This document shows, in pieces, positions 21,959 through 32,147 of a DNA stretch of 64,000 bases; position 1 is the first letter of the stretch; each line of letters opens with the position of its first letter. This DNA comes from an uncultured delta proteobacterium (GTDB lineage Bacteria; Desulfobacterota; WTBG01; CAIYCZ01). A model generated the notes under the pieces. It saw nothing but the letters and a program-made list of their open reading frames with translations, searched no databases and had not been told where the DNA came from. The position numbers and the translations under genes were made by a program. The stretch covers positions 1 to 64,000 of the forward strand of contig CAWDOY010000003.1 in assembly GCA_963803975.1 (NCBI GenBank), in the 5' to 3' direction.

Positions 21959-23053
21959 TCAGCGGGGATAGCGGTCAAACAACTGCCCCCAGGGTGATTC
22001 GGCAATCCATGTATTAACCTGGGGCACGCCCTTGCGGGGATACCAGATTTTATCGTGATAGAACTCAGAGCCAAATATAAACAGGTTAACGATTGGAGTA
22101 TGGAAGAAAAAGTTCTGAATGTATTTTAGCGGCGTATCATGCCAGAATAATCTGCCTACTCCGGTAGCAAAATTAACCCCCACCTCAAAATTCCAGTTCT
22201 CTTTTGCGGCATCAATATCGCCAACAATCTCAATCTCTGCCGGGTCGCCAATCCCCAGACCATGCTCATGCGAGAGGGCAATGCAGGGAAGATCACGCCA
22301 GTTGAAACCCATCAGTTTTGCTGCCACGGAATCAATTGCCACCTGGTCGGCTGACGCAAGTATTACATTCTTATCATGGGGAACCACGGTGCGCGGCCCG
22401 GGTCCTGAGCCGGCGGTAGTGCCGTCCATGGTGGCGAACATGCCGGTGTGAATTTCCTTGCCGATCGCGAGCAGGTCAACCAGGGTCTCGTGAATCCAGG
22501 TGTGGGTATAGTGGCGGTGGTAATTCAGCAGGCCGCCGAAGGCATTTTTAAGCGCGCCGGTGTATGTTGTGTATGAATGGGTTTTGACGGTCGGCATATG
22601 CACGATGTTTTTGCCCTGAAAATAATCGGGGATGCGGATGCCGTCAGGAAATATTTTGTGCAGGGCAAGGGTTTTAAATTTCGGCCGGTACTCTACCCAG
22701 CGCATGTGCTCCTCTTTAAAATTGAAGCGCACCGGTATAGCATGTTTTGCGTAAAGGGGCTTAAACTTTAAATCCTCTTCGCCTTTTTCCGGTATGGTGA
22801 CGACCGTGTGGTTATGCACGGCGACCAGATCGGAAAAACCATAGTACTTCAGGGCCTCGATAGTTCCCTCAAGCTGCCAGGGGGTGGTATTGACACCGGG
22901 AAAGACATTATGCCAGGTAATATTGTCCTTGAGGATGGTGGTTGCTGAGGGGTCGAGCGCCTTGCGCAAACCGGCAAGCTCGCAGAGGCGCCGGTAATCT
23001 TCTATCACGGTCTCAGGTTTTGTCCTCAGGATTGCTACGGTTGCTTTTGCCAT
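21959..23053 (-). CDS. DUF362 family protein
   Basis: ILKDNITW, TTPWQLEG, HMPTVKTH..TGALKNAFG, ILASADQVAIDSVA. Confidence 0.75.
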   Translation of the reverse strand: MAKATVAILRTKPETVIEDYRRLCELAGLRKALDPSATTILKDNITWHNVFPGVNTTPWQLEGTIEALKYYGFSDLVAVHNHTVVTIPEKGEEDLKFKPLYAKHAIPVRFNFKEEHMRWVEYRPKFKTLALHKIFPDGIRIPDYFQGKNIVHMPTVKTHSYTTYTGALKNAFGGLLNYHRHYTHTWIHETLVDLLAIGKEIHTGMFATMDGTTAGSGPGPRTVVPHDKNVILASADQVAIDSVAAKLMGFNWRDLPCIALSHEHGLGIGDPAEIEIVGDIDAAKENWNFEVGVNFATGVGRLFWHDTPLKYIQNFFFHTPIVNLFIFGSEFYHDKIWYPRKGVPQVNTWIAESPWGQLFDRYPR

Positions 23054-23187
23054 AAAGTTTTGTCCTATGAATTCTAAAGTAATGATATAAAAAGTGATGT
23101 GCTGCTCTGTATCTGAATTGTGAAACAGTATAGCACACTTGTTTTAAGAAATAAAATATCAAAGAAAGCAGGGAAAGGACAGGGCAC

Positions 23188-23795
23188 ATGAAGAAACTGG
23201 TTCTTGCATCACGCTCTCCCCGGCGCAGGCAATTATTAAAGACTCTGGGAGTGAATTTTATTGCAGCAGAAAGCGGGTTTCATGAAATTGATCATGCTGG
23301 CGGCACACCCGGGCAGCACGTCCAGGACAATGCGCTGGGCAAAGCCCGGGCCGCAGCTGCGCGTTATAAAAATGCCCTGGTAATCGGCGCTGACACGGTG
23401 GTGGTTTACCGGCAGCGCGTTCTCGGGAAACCGAAAAACATGGCAGAGGCAATGGAATATCTCCAGCTGCTGCAGGGAAAAACCCACGCGGTGTATACCG
23501 GCCTGGGAATAATTGATACAAAAAAAAATATAACAGTAGTTGATTTTGAAAAAACACTGGTTACCATGCGCTCCCTCAATGATCGAAGGAAATACGGGCT
23601 TATCTAAAGCGTATTAAGCCCCTTGATAAGGCTGGTGCGTATGCAATCCAGGGAGCCGGTGCTATCATCGTGAATAAGATTTCCGGCTGTTACTATAATG
23701 TGGTTGGATTTCCCCTGGCAAAACTTGAGGAAATGCTGCTCCGTCTTAAAATAACGCTTTTTGACTATATGAACACAAACAATAAACGGGGTTAA
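23188..23795 (+). CDS. maf: Maf family nucleotide pyrophosphatase (frameshift near 23585)
   Basis: LVLASRSPRRRQLL, IGADTVV, LGKP. The shifted frame gives PLDKAGAYAIQG..GCYYNVVGFP and ends at TAA 23795. Confidence 0.92.
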
Positions 23796-23853
23796 TGAGC
23801 AGGCAGGGAATAAACAGCTTGACAAAAGGGTGATTTTGGTACACTCTTATAAC

Positions 23854-23867
23854 ACTCCAAATGGAGT
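23854..23867. promoter_or_regulatory. Palindrome ACTCCA-AA-TGGAGT, candidate RHH operator
   Basis: Perfect 6-2-6 inverted repeat between a TTGACA at 23819 and the RBS of the RHH gene. Confidence 0.4.
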
Positions 23868-23882
23868 TTTAAGGAGTTGCTC

Positions 23883-24095
23883 ATGAAAGATAAAGTAACA
23901 ATAAAAATACCGCGCTCGCTCTACAATACCCTGAAAACAAGGATCGAGGGAACCGGTTTTAATTCAGTCACTGATTTTGTTGTTTACCTGCTTCGTGACA
24001 TCGTATCAAGCGGCAGGGTGGATAAGGATATTGCCCTCACAAAACAGGAGGTTGACGCAATCAGGAAACGGCTCAAGTCACTTGGCTATATATAA
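23883..24095 (+). CDS. Ribbon-helix-helix (CopG-like) regulator
   Basis: VTIKIPRSLY..GFNSVTDFVVYLLR matches the RHH pattern; ends IRKRLKSLGYI. Confidence 0.8.
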   Translation: MKDKVTIKIPRSLYNTLKTRIEGTGFNSVTDFVVYLLRDIVSSGRVDKDIALTKQEVDAIRKRLKSLGYI

Positions 24096-24116
24096 AACAA
24101 AGACGGAGGTGTAATT

Positions 24117-25153
24117 ATGAAAAGCACGATACGGATCAGCTTAATGGTATCATTGTTATGGGTTATCTGCATTGGCGTGCTGCCTCAAGCTGCAGCAGAA
24201 GAAACAACCATTATCTTTGCTGCTTACACGGTCCCCAAGGAAGCATACCAAAGGGCAATCATCCCTGCGTTTAAAAAATACTGGAAAGAAAAAACCGGAC
24301 AGGATGTCACTTTTCAGGAGTCCTATGAGGCATCGGGTGCACAGTCGCGTGCAATTGCGGCAGGGCTTGAAGCAGACATTGCTGCGCTTTCACTCGAAAA
24401 AGACATCAGCAGGTTGAAGGATGCAGGCCTCATAACCCATGAATGGAAGAATAATAAATATAACGGCTTTGTTACCAGGTCTCTTACGGTTATAGCCTAC
24501 CGGCAGGGAAATCCCAAAAATATCAAAAGCTGGGATGACCTCACCCGGCAGGATGTGGATGTGATTTACCCCAGCCCGAAAACTTCCGGCGGCGCCATGT
24601 GGTTTGTCAACGCAATATATGGGGCGGGGCTGAAGCTGTCAGAGGTTAAAAACGGTAAAAAAGATCCCCAGGCAGCACGCCAGCTGTTAAAGTCCATTCA
24701 GAAGCGTGTCAAAGTGATGGATAAATCCGGACGGGGTTCGGTGACAACATTTGAAAACGGTGTCGGCGATGTGATCCTGACCTACGAAGATGAGGCGCTG
24801 CTCAGACAGCAGCAGGGGAAGGACTTTCCTTTTATAATCCCAGATGCCACCATCCTTATTGAAAATCCGATTGCCCTCATTGATAAAAACGTCGATAAGC
24901 ATAAAAACCGCCCGGTAGTCGAGGCATTTATTGCGTTTGTTCATACCGCCGAGCGCCCAGCGCTTGTTTGCCCAGTACGGGCTGCGCCCTGTAGTTGATG
25001 ACGTGGCGCCAGAGTTTAAAGAGAAATTTCCCGTACCTCCCTACCTGTTTGACACAGTAATATCTCGGTGGCTGGGACAAGGTGGAAAAGGAAATTTACG
25101 GCAAGGACGGTATCTGGACAAAGATTATTGAAGAGTTAGCCCAAGATAAATGA
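24117..25153 (+). CDS. sbp: Sulfate/thiosulfate ABC transporter substrate-binding protein (two frameshifts, near 24950 and 25060)
   Basis: Signal peptide, SYEASGAQSRAI..GLEADI, GNPKNIKSWDDL, PKTSGGA. Later frames give AQRLFAQYGLRP and YLGGWDKVEKEIYGKDGIW, ending at a TGA that overlaps the cysT ATG. Confidence 0.88.
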
Positions 25154-25986
25154 CAGAAAATATTCTGCCCAGGCCTAAAATGAGGAGCGGAGATGCGCTT
25201 CTGAGAAGCGCATCCTTTGGCTATATAGGACTGCTCATCATTCTTCCCATCATTGTCATGATTGTCCGTTCGCTGCAGGGGGGGCTGAGCGCATTGTGGG
25301 CAGACATAACATTACCCCAGGCTCTGTTCTCGCTGCGCCTCACCATTGTAACAGCCTTCATCATGGTGCTCATTAATATTGTAACCGGCACTGCTACGGC
25401 CTGGGTGCTGGTTCGCTACAGCTTTCCGGGCAAACAGGTGATGGACGCTCTCATTGACCTGCCGTTTGCCATGCCGACCATTGTGGCAGGCATTATGCTG
25501 GTTGCCCTGTACGGCCCACGGAGTGTTATAGGGAGTTTTTTAAAGGGTTATAACATAGAAGTTATGTTTAATACCCCGGGCATAATTCTCGCGCTGCTGT
25601 TTGTAACCTTTCCTTTTGTTGTCCGGGCTGTGCAGCCGGTGCTAATAGAGCTGGATCAGGACATGGAAGAAGCGGCAAAAACCCTGGGCGCATCTTCCGC
25701 CACCATCTTCTTCCGCATTGTCCTGCCATCGCTTATGCCGTCAATTCTGACCGGGGCTGCTTTGTCATTCAGCAGGGCGCTCGGTGAGTTTGGATCAATA
25801 ATCATGGTAGCGGGGAACATTCCCTTCAGGACGCAGGTTGCTTCTGTCTATATCTACGGAGAAATTGAAAGCTACAACCCCCAGGGCGCGCTGGGGTTGT
25901 CAGTGGTGCTGCTGTTTTTTTCCTTTGCCATATTACTGCTGTTGAATTTTATTCAGTATTGGAACAGAAGGCATGAAAACCAATAA
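25150..25986 (+). CDS. cysT: Sulfate ABC transporter permease CysT
   Basis: DLPFAMPTIVAG, FVTFPFVVRAVQPVL, EEAA..LGA, RALGEFGS. Confidence 0.92.
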   Translation: MTENILPRPKMRSGDALLRSASFGYIGLLIILPIIVMIVRSLQGGLSALWADITLPQALFSLRLTIVTAFIMVLINIVTGTATAWVLVRYSFPGKQVMDALIDLPFAMPTIVAGIMLVALYGPRSVIGSFLKGYNIEVMFNTPGIILALLFVTFPFVVRAVQPVLIELDQDMEEAAKTLGASSATIFFRIVLPSLMPSILTGAALSFSRALGEFGSIIMVAGNIPFRTQVASVYIYGEIESYNPQGALGLSVVLLFFSFAILLLLNFIQYWNRRHENQ

Positions 25987-26779
25987 TCCAGGCCGGTTAG
26001 TATTGATTACGCTGGTGGTCGGCTGGTTTGCACTGCTGATCCTGCTGCCGGTGTACGGGATTGTTCAGGAGACGGTAAAAAGCGGACTATCGCTTGTTGT
26101 GTCATCATTAAGTACACCGCATGCCCGTCACGCATTTTTACTCACCTTCTGGATCACCCTGGCAGCGGTAATCATTAATACGGTATTTGGAATAATCATT
26201 GCCCTGGTTTTAGTAAAACAGGAATTCAGGGGCAAACTGCTTATCGAGGGGCTTCTTGATCTGCCGTTCGCGGTCTCACCGATTGTCGCAGGATTCATGT
26301 TTATCATTCTGTTTGGGCCGAATGGATTAATCGGGAGCTGGTTTGAGGGGCAGGGCATAAAAATAATATATGCTCTTCCCGGCATGATTATAGCCACCCT
26401 GTTTGTGACGCTGCCCTTTGTTGCCCGTGAAGTTATGCCGGTACTGCGCGAAGCCGGCCTTGAGCAGGAAGAAGCTGCCTATGTGCTGGGAGCCTCGCCA
26501 TGGCAGGCATTCTGGAGAGTGACACTTCCCTCGGTAAAGTGGGGGTTGATTTACGGTGTAACATTAACCGTTGCCCGGTCAATTGGCGAGTTCGGGGCGG
26601 TTATCGTGGTAAGCGGCAATATAATTAACCGGACCCAGACCGCCACGCTGCACATCCATCAGGAATTCACCGATTTTAATTATGCTGCTGCGTATTCCGC
26701 GGCATTGCTCCTGGCAATACTGTCATTTACCCTGTTAATCACCATGCAGACCCTTAACCGGCGCACCAACGAGAGTTAA
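25973..26779 (+). CDS. cysW: Sulfate ABC transporter permease CysW
   Basis: DLPFAVSPIVAG, FVTLPFVARE, QEEAA..LGAS, VTLPSVKWGL, ARSIGEFGA. Confidence 0.92.
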   Translation: MKTNNPGRLVLITLVVGWFALLILLPVYGIVQETVKSGLSLVVSSLSTPHARHAFLLTFWITLAAVIINTVFGIIIALVLVKQEFRGKLLIEGLLDLPFAVSPIVAGFMFIILFGPNGLIGSWFEGQGIKIIYALPGMIIATLFVTLPFVAREVMPVLREAGLEQEEAAYVLGASPWQAFWRVTLPSVKWGLIYGVTLTVARSIGEFGAVIVVSGNIINRTQTATLHIHQEFTDFNYAAAYSAALLLAILSFTLLITMQTLNRRTNES

Positions 26780-26782
26780 ACC

Positions 26783-27877
26783 ATGACCATTGAGGTACGC
26801 AATATAGCCAAACATTTTGGCAGTTTCTGTGCTGTTGATAACGTCAGTTTTAATGTCGAGGAGGGCGAACTGGTTGCATTGCTTGGTCCCAGCGGCTCCG
26901 GCAAAAGCACTATATTGCGGATTATCGCCGGCCTTGAAACGCCTGACCGTGGAGAGGTATTCATAACCGGAAGAAATGTCACCGAACTTACGGCGCAGCA
27001 GCGCAAAGTCGGATTTGTTTTTCAGCATTACGCGTTGTTTAAGCACATGACTGTGGCGAAGAATATTGCCTTCGGCCTTGAAATCCAGAAGCGGCCGAGA
27101 CAGGAGATTGCAGCAAAGGTCGACGAGCTGATTAATCTGGTAAAGCTGCAGGGCTATGAAAAGCACTATCCGTCACAGCTGTCCGGCGGGCAGCGCCAGC
27201 GGGTCGCCCTTGCCCGCACCATTGCAACAGAGCCGGCAGTGCTCCTTCTGGATGAGCCGTTCGGCGCGCTTGATATGAAGGTCAGGCAGAATCTGGCCGC
27301 CTGGCTGAAGGAGCTGCATGATAAGCTGCATATAACCAGCGTGTTTGTCACCCATGACCAGAGCGAGGCAATAGAGATTTCCGACAAGATAGTTATTATT
27401 AATAGAGGCCGGGTCGAGCAGATGGGCAATGCCCATGACGTCTATGAGCACCCGGGGAGCAAATTTGTCGCAAGCTTTATCGGCCAGGTAAATGTTATCG
27501 ATGCGTCAATCCTCAACAACAGAATCATGATCAAGGATACGCGCCACTCAATAGATAATATAAGCGATATCCCGAACGGAAACGATATCGTGCTCTTGAT
27601 ACGGCCGGAGGATATCACCCTGGAAGAGAAATCCGGTGAGCGCTGCCTGCCGTGTGTCATAAAGCAAATCCATTACCGGGGCAGTTTTTATGAGCTGGAT
27701 TTAGATATCGGCGGCTTCATCGTTAAAGCACTGGAGAACAAAAACAGTTTCAAGCGGGAGCAATGGAAACAAAACCAGCAGGCCTTTATGCACGTTAAGC
27801 ACTATAAAGTATTTGAGACCGAGGAGGGACACAACATTATCCGAGAGCAGCTGCGGCAGCTCGGGTATATAGAATAA
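26783..27877 (+). CDS. cysA: Sulfate ABC transporter ATP-binding protein CysA
   Basis: [49 protein letters not shown]. Confidence 0.92.
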   Translation: MTIEVRNIAKHFGSFCAVDNVSFNVEEGELVALLGPSGSGKSTILRIIAGLETPDRGEVFITGRNVTELTAQQRKVGFVFQHYALFKHMTVAKNIAFGLEIQKRPRQEIAAKVDELINLVKLQGYEKHYPSQLSGGQRQRVALARTIATEPAVLLLDEPFGALDMKVRQNLAAWLKELHDKLHITSVFVTHDQSEAIEISDKIVIINRGRVEQMGNAHDVYEHPGSKFVASFIGQVNVIDASILNNRIMIKDTRHSIDNISDIPNGNDIVLLIRPEDITLEEKSGERCLPCVIKQIHYRGSFYELDLDIGGFIVKALENKNSFKREQWKQNQQAFMHVKHYKVFETEEGHNIIREQLRQLGYIE

Positions 27878-27904
27878 AACAGAATCGCTGAATCAATTAA
27901 CGAT

Positions 27905-27939
27905 AAAAAAAGCTTAGTGGTGGTCACTAAGCTTTTTTT
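27905..27939. terminator. Bidirectional intrinsic terminator
   Basis: A7-GCTTAGTG-gtggt-CACTAAGC-T7 between convergent cysA and tRNA-Arg. Confidence 0.85.
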
Positions 27940-27948
27940 ATAATGATA

Positions 27949-28023
27949 TGCCCTCGACACGACTCGAACGTGCGACCTAAGGATTAGGAATCCTTCGCTC
28001 TATCCAAACTGAGCTACGAGGGC
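27949..28023 (-). tRNA. tRNA-Arg(CCT), CCA not encoded
   Basis: Reverse complement GCCCTCGTAGCTCAGTTTGGATAGAGCGAAGGATTCCTAATCCTTAGGTCGCACGTTCGAGTCGTGTCGAGGGCA folds as a cloverleaf with anticodon CCT. Confidence 0.96.
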
Positions 28024-28072
28024 AGAGTGTTTATTCGCCGGCTAAAATTTATAGCGTTAGTAAAAATGAAAG

Positions 28073-28309
28073 TCAATCCTTTTGCTTGTCTTTCCCGTTG
28101 GCAGCATTGCCAAACGCTTCAGTGCACTCAGAGCAGGGCACCTGGTGCGAACAGTAAAGAATTTTCTTTTCCCCCTTGGTGAATTTGCCCGCGTCCTTGC
28201 ACATCTGGTGACACTCAATATTCGGCGGAGCCATGCAGTAATATTTACCATCTACCAGGACATGATATTCGCCTTTACAGCACTGAATGGAAGTTTTTTT
28301 TATGGCCAT
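28073..28309 (-). CDS. Small Cys-rich hypothetical protein
   Basis: 78-aa ORF filling the gap, with 8 Cys (CC, C, CxxxC, C, CxxC). Confidence 0.5.
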   Translation of the reverse strand: MAIKKTSIQCCKGEYHVLVDGKYYCMAPPNIECHQMCKDAGKFTKGEKKILYCSHQVPCSECTEAFGNAANGKDKQKD

Positions 28310-28510
28310 TGTAAAATCCAGATGACTCTAGTTAAGGGATTGATAGCTGCGGATACTTGAATCAAGCTCCAGATGCAATATATATCATGACTTCATGTAA
28401 AAGGCAAAATCAATGGCTCCGCAAAACGCCTTGCAGCTCTATAGAAAAGATGTTAGTCAATTACATTGGCAAACTGTTTAAAACAGCCCAGACAAGAGGA
28501 GACAGGGAAG

Positions 28511-28954
28511 ATGGCCGTGAGCGGCACAGTAGTCGGCGTTTGTATCAGCAGCAAGAAAAGTGTCCGGAAAAAAAACATTGGGTCCGGTGTGCTGATTGAA
28601 AATTACGGACTTGAGGGAGATGCCCACGGCGATGCAGAGACGCACCGCCAGGTAAGCCTCCTCGCCATTGAGAGTATCAAAAAGATGCAGGATATGGGGG
28701 CAAAGGTGGGGATTGGTGATTTTGCTGAAAATCTCGCCACCGAGGGCATTAACCTGCTCTCCCTGCCCATCGGGGCACAGATTAAGGTCGGCATGGAAGC
28801 AATTCTGGAAATTACCCAGCACGGCAAAGTCTGCCACACGCCATGCGCTATATATTATCAGGCCGGTATGTGCATAATGCCGCAGGAGGGAATATTTGCC
28901 CGAGTCCTTCACGGCGGCCCGGTAAAAACCGGGGATGAGATTATTGTGATGTAA
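28511..28954 (+). CDS. MOSC domain protein
   Basis: GLEGDAH, HRQVSLL, GDFAENL, LEITQHGKVCH..CAIY..CIMPQEGIFARV; start set at ATG 28511 after a GAGGAG. Confidence 0.88.
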   Translation: MAVSGTVVGVCISSKKSVRKKNIGSGVLIENYGLEGDAHGDAETHRQVSLLAIESIKKMQDMGAKVGIGDFAENLATEGINLLSLPIGAQIKVGMEAILEITQHGKVCHTPCAIYYQAGMCIMPQEGIFARVLHGGPVKTGDEIIVM

Positions 28955-28977
28955 CGGTAAGACAAGGTACATGCATT

Positions 28978-29898
28978 GTGGCAATAGATCGCACTCAAGA
29001 GATTTTAGATAAAATCACGTTATTAAAACAGCAGCGTAATGCCGTAATCCTTGCGCACAATTACCAGCCGCCGGAAGTGCAGGACTGTGCTGATTTTCTG
29101 GGAGATTCACTGGAACTGAGCCAGAAAGCAGCCCGGACTGACGCCGAGGTGATCGTATTCTGCGGCGTGCACTTTATGGCCGAGACTGCGTCAATAATCT
29201 GCCCTGACAAGACCGTGCTGCTGCCTGAGGAAAATGCGGGATGCCCCATGGCCAGCATGATCAATGCCGAGCAGTTGCGGGAGGTAAAAAAATGTCATCC
29301 CGACGCCCTGGTGGTCACCTACGTCAACTCGACTGCTGAGGTCAAGGCTGAGAGCGATTACTGCTGCACATCGGGGAATGCCCTGAAAGTGATTGAGAAG
29401 CTGCAGGGTATGGGAGACATTATATTTGTGCCTGACAAGTATCTGGGAAGTTTTGCCTCGGCTAAAACCGGCAAGCCCCTCATTCTCTGGCCGGGCTATT
29501 GCCCGACACACATTAAAATCCTTCCCGATGACATGCTGCGAGAGAAGACCGCCCATCCTGCTGCAAAAGTGATGGTACATCCTGAATGTCATACGTCTGT
29601 GACACAACTTGCGGATGAGGTGCTGAGCACCGGGGGGATGCTGAAGTATCCAGGGCAATCAGCTGCCGAAGAGTTTATTGTAGGGACCGAGATAGGTTTG
29701 GTGTACCGGCTGCAGAAACTGTATCCGGATAAGATATTTTACCCGGCGAGCGAAAAAGCGCTCTGCCCGAACATGAAAATGATCAGCCTGGAAAAGATTT
29801 TAAGGTCTCTGCAGGAGATGTCAGCGGTGATAACAGTTCCTGAGCCTATCAGGGAAAAAGCTTATGCACCGGTAAAAAGAATGCTTGAAATAGTATGA
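28978..29898 (+). CDS. nadA: Quinolinate synthase
   Basis: ILAHNYQ, GDSLELS, FCGVHFMAE, AGCPMA, YVNS, GYCPTH, HPEC, CPNMK. Confidence 0.96.
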   Translation: MAIDRTQEILDKITLLKQQRNAVILAHNYQPPEVQDCADFLGDSLELSQKAARTDAEVIVFCGVHFMAETASIICPDKTVLLPEENAGCPMASMINAEQLREVKKCHPDALVVTYVNSTAEVKAESDYCCTSGNALKVIEKLQGMGDIIFVPDKYLGSFASAKTGKPLILWPGYCPTHIKILPDDMLREKTAHPAAKVMVHPECHTSVTQLADEVLSTGGMLKYPGQSAAEEFIVGTEIGLVYRLQKLYPDKIFYPASEKALCPNMKMISLEKILRSLQEMSAVITVPEPIREKAYAPVKRMLEIV

Positions 29899-29905
29899 TA
29901 TAGCT

Positions 29906-31258
29906 TCACTTTTTACCGCCTCTTGATTTTATTTCTTTCCGCTTGTTCTCCCGATATTCCATCCGTTCCTTAATAATCTTCTCTAAGCCCTGCCCGGAAG
30001 GGATATAAAATTTAGCACCCGCAATTTTATCAGGGAGAAATTCCTGATCAACGATTGCATCCTGATAGTTATGCGCGTACTGGTAGCCCTTACCGTAATC
30101 AAGCTCCTTCATGAGAGCGGTAGGAGCATTGCGTATGTGCAGGGGTACGGGAAGCGAGCCGGTCTGCATAATCTCTTTTTTTGCCCGTCCATAGGCAGTA
30201 TACACCGCGTTGCTTTTGGGCGCGGTTGCCAGATAGAGCGTTATCTGCGCCAGGGCGAGCTCACCCTCGGGATGGCCGATGAAGTGAAAGGCGTCCTTTG
30301 CCGCAATGGCAAGCAGAAGGGCCTGGGGGTCAGCATTGCCAACGTCCTCGCTGGCAAACCTGATGAGGCGGCGGGCGATATAGAGCGGGTCCTCTCCTGC
30401 CTCCAGCATCCGCGCCAGCCAGTAGAGCGATGCATCGGGGTCACTGCCGCGCAGGCTTTTGTGCAGGGCAGAGATGATATTATAATGCTCCTCTCCTGAT
30501 TTATCATAGAGCAGCACTTTTTTCTGCAAGGCCTCTTCCACGGCAGAAACAGTCAGCATCCTTGCATTGTTTCCGTCCGGAGGGGTCATCATCACCGCCA
30601 TCTCCAGAGTGTTGAGCGCGACCCGGGCATCGCCCTGGCAGTAGTCAATTATGTGCTGCAGCACTTCATGGGAGGCCTGGGCGTTCAGTTTTCCCAGGCC
30701 TTTCTTCGCATCAGACAAAGCCCGCTGAAGAATTACTATCAGATGCGTTTCAGTGAGCGGCTGCAGCACCAGAACCTTGGTGCGGGAAAGAAGCGGTGAA
30801 ATGACCTCAAAAGAGGGGTTTTCCGTGGTAGCGCCGAGAAGGATAACATCTCCCTTTTCAATGTGCGGAAGAAATGCGTCCTGCTGGGCTTTATTGAAGC
30901 GATGGATTTCATCAACAAACAGGACGGTCCGTTTGCCCATGCGCTTCTTCAGTTCAGATGCTTCCTGAATAACCTGCTTGACCTCCTTTATCCCTGAGAC
31001 TACGGCACTGATAGCGATGAAATGCGCTTTGGTAGCTTCTGCAATAATATGGGCCAGGGTAGTTTTGCCGGTGCCGGGCGGGCCCCAGAAGATGAGCGAG
31101 TGCAGTTCATCACCGTCAATAATTTTTCTGAGAAGTTTCCCTTTGTCCAGCAGGTGCTCCTGCCCCATAAACTCGTCAATACGTGCGGGCCGCATGCGGT
31201 CGGCAAGTGGCGCCATCGCATCATAGGAGACAGTTTTTTCGGGTGGGAAGAGTTCCAT
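29906..31258 (-). CDS. rarA: Replication-associated recombination AAA+ ATPase RarA/MgsA
   Basis: [63 protein letters not shown]. Confidence 0.95.
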   Translation of the reverse strand: MELFPPEKTVSYDAMAPLADRMRPARIDEFMGQEHLLDKGKLLRKIIDGDELHSLIFWGPPGTGKTTLAHIIAEATKAHFIAISAVVSGIKEVKQVIQEASELKKRMGKRTVLFVDEIHRFNKAQQDAFLPHIEKGDVILLGATTENPSFEVISPLLSRTKVLVLQPLTETHLIVILQRALSDAKKGLGKLNAQASHEVLQHIIDYCQGDARVALNTLEMAVMMTPPDGNNARMLTVSAVEEALQKKVLLYDKSGEEHYNIISALHKSLRGSDPDASLYWLARMLEAGEDPLYIARRLIRFASEDVGNADPQALLLAIAAKDAFHFIGHPEGELALAQITLYLATAPKSNAVYTAYGRAKKEIMQTGSLPVPLHIRNAPTALMKELDYGKGYQYAHNYQDAIVDQEFLPDKIAGAKFYIPSGQGLEKIIKERMEYRENKRKEIKSRGGKK

Positions 31259-31270
31259 TTTAAAGTCGTT

Positions 31271-31384
31271 AGTGAATGGTGAACAGTGAATAGTGAACGG
31301 TGAATAGTGAACAGTGAATGGTGAATAGTGAATGGTGAATAGTAATAAAAACAGCTATTCACTATCGACAATATACTATTCACT
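31271..31384. repeat. Ten tandem RGTGAAY heptamers plus a degenerate inverted arm
   Basis: 10 x 7 bp at 31271-31340; inverted ATTCACT copies at 31357-31363 and 31378-31384. Confidence 0.92.
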
Positions 31385-31386
31385 TC

Positions 31387-31655
31387 CTACAGGCATTTGA
31401 TTAAGCTGGTTGTCATTTTATTGAGCTCATCTATGAAAGACAAGACGGCTGTGCAGTGTTCTGTTGTTATAAAATCTATCCAAACATTCATTTGAAATTT
31501 CTGTAGGAGCGCATTTATGCGCGATTGTCTCGCGGCTGAAGCCGCTCCTACATTGAAACACCATGTCTCCGAAATAGTCTGAGAGCAAAATACTCATTAT
31601 TTGATGGTACTGAGACGGCAGCCCGTCTCATCTGACTGACAATACCGTATTTCTC
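31387..31655 (-). pseudogene. Disrupted four-helix-bundle (23S rRNA IVP-like) gene in two fragments
   Basis: 31599-31655 reads EKYGIVSQMRRAAVSVPSN (family core motif). 31387-31491 reads ..DFITTEHCTAVLSFIDELNKMTTSLIKCL*, resembling the family C-terminus. Confidence 0.7.
31502..31552. repeat. GTAG-family REP doublet
   Basis: TGTAGGAGCGC..GCGCGA / TCGCGGCTGAAGCCGCTCCTACA in inverted orientation. Confidence 0.8.
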
Positions 31656-31959
31656 AATCGAAGACATAGTGAACCTCGGCTTCTGCTATAACCCTGTCGC
31701 GGAAATACTTGCTTAAGCAATCAGGAGTGTTTAAATCTACTTTTCGACCATCAAGCAAGGAAGAAAGCTCCTGTTCCATATCGTATAGTTCAAAAAAACC
31801 AATTATTGCTCCCGACTCAAACTCTACAAGAACATCGATATCGCTTTCCGGGCCAAAATCATCATGCAACACAGAACCAAACAGGGCAAGCTTGTGGATA
31901 TGGTTGCGGTGGCAGAACTGAGCTATTTTTTCTTTAGGTAAAGTTAAATGATTTGACAT
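31654..31959 (-). CDS. Minimal nucleotidyltransferase (MNT antitoxin)
   Basis: LALFGSVLHDDFGPESDIDVLVEF..GRKVDL. Confidence 0.9.
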   Translation of the reverse strand: MSNHLTLPKEKIAQFCHRNHIHKLALFGSVLHDDFGPESDIDVLVEFESGAIIGFFELYDMEQELSSLLDGRKVDLNTPDCLSKYFRDRVIAEAEVHYVFD

Positions 31960-32066
31960 GGTTAAGACTTTCTAACAGTTGTATTCCAATTTCATATAAT
32001 CGTACCTGTTTTGGACATAATATCAAGAAATTTGTTTATTCAAGGGTTTCGTGATAAAGGAGATAG

Positions 32067-32147
32067 CAACGATATACCAGGGAATTTACAGAACAGAGTC
32101 TTAATGAGATTAAAAGGATATTCTCATGGTTGAAAAAGAAATTTTAG
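32067..32147 (+). pseudogene. C-terminal remnant of a HEPN-domain gene
   Basis: QRYTREFTEQSLNEIKRIFSWLKKKF* overlaps the MNT start, has no start codon, and resembles the last helix of HEPN proteins. Confidence 0.5.

Noticed and set aside
27949..28023. tRNA-anchored genomic island
   Set aside because: No integrase and no second copy of the tRNA 3' end was noticed in the window.
31271..31340. CRISPR array
   Set aside because: Tandem 7-mers with no unique spacers and no cas genes.
31000..31383. 127-aa ORF with FTIHHSL repeats
   Set aside because: Translation artefact of the heptamer array, overlapping rarA out of frame.
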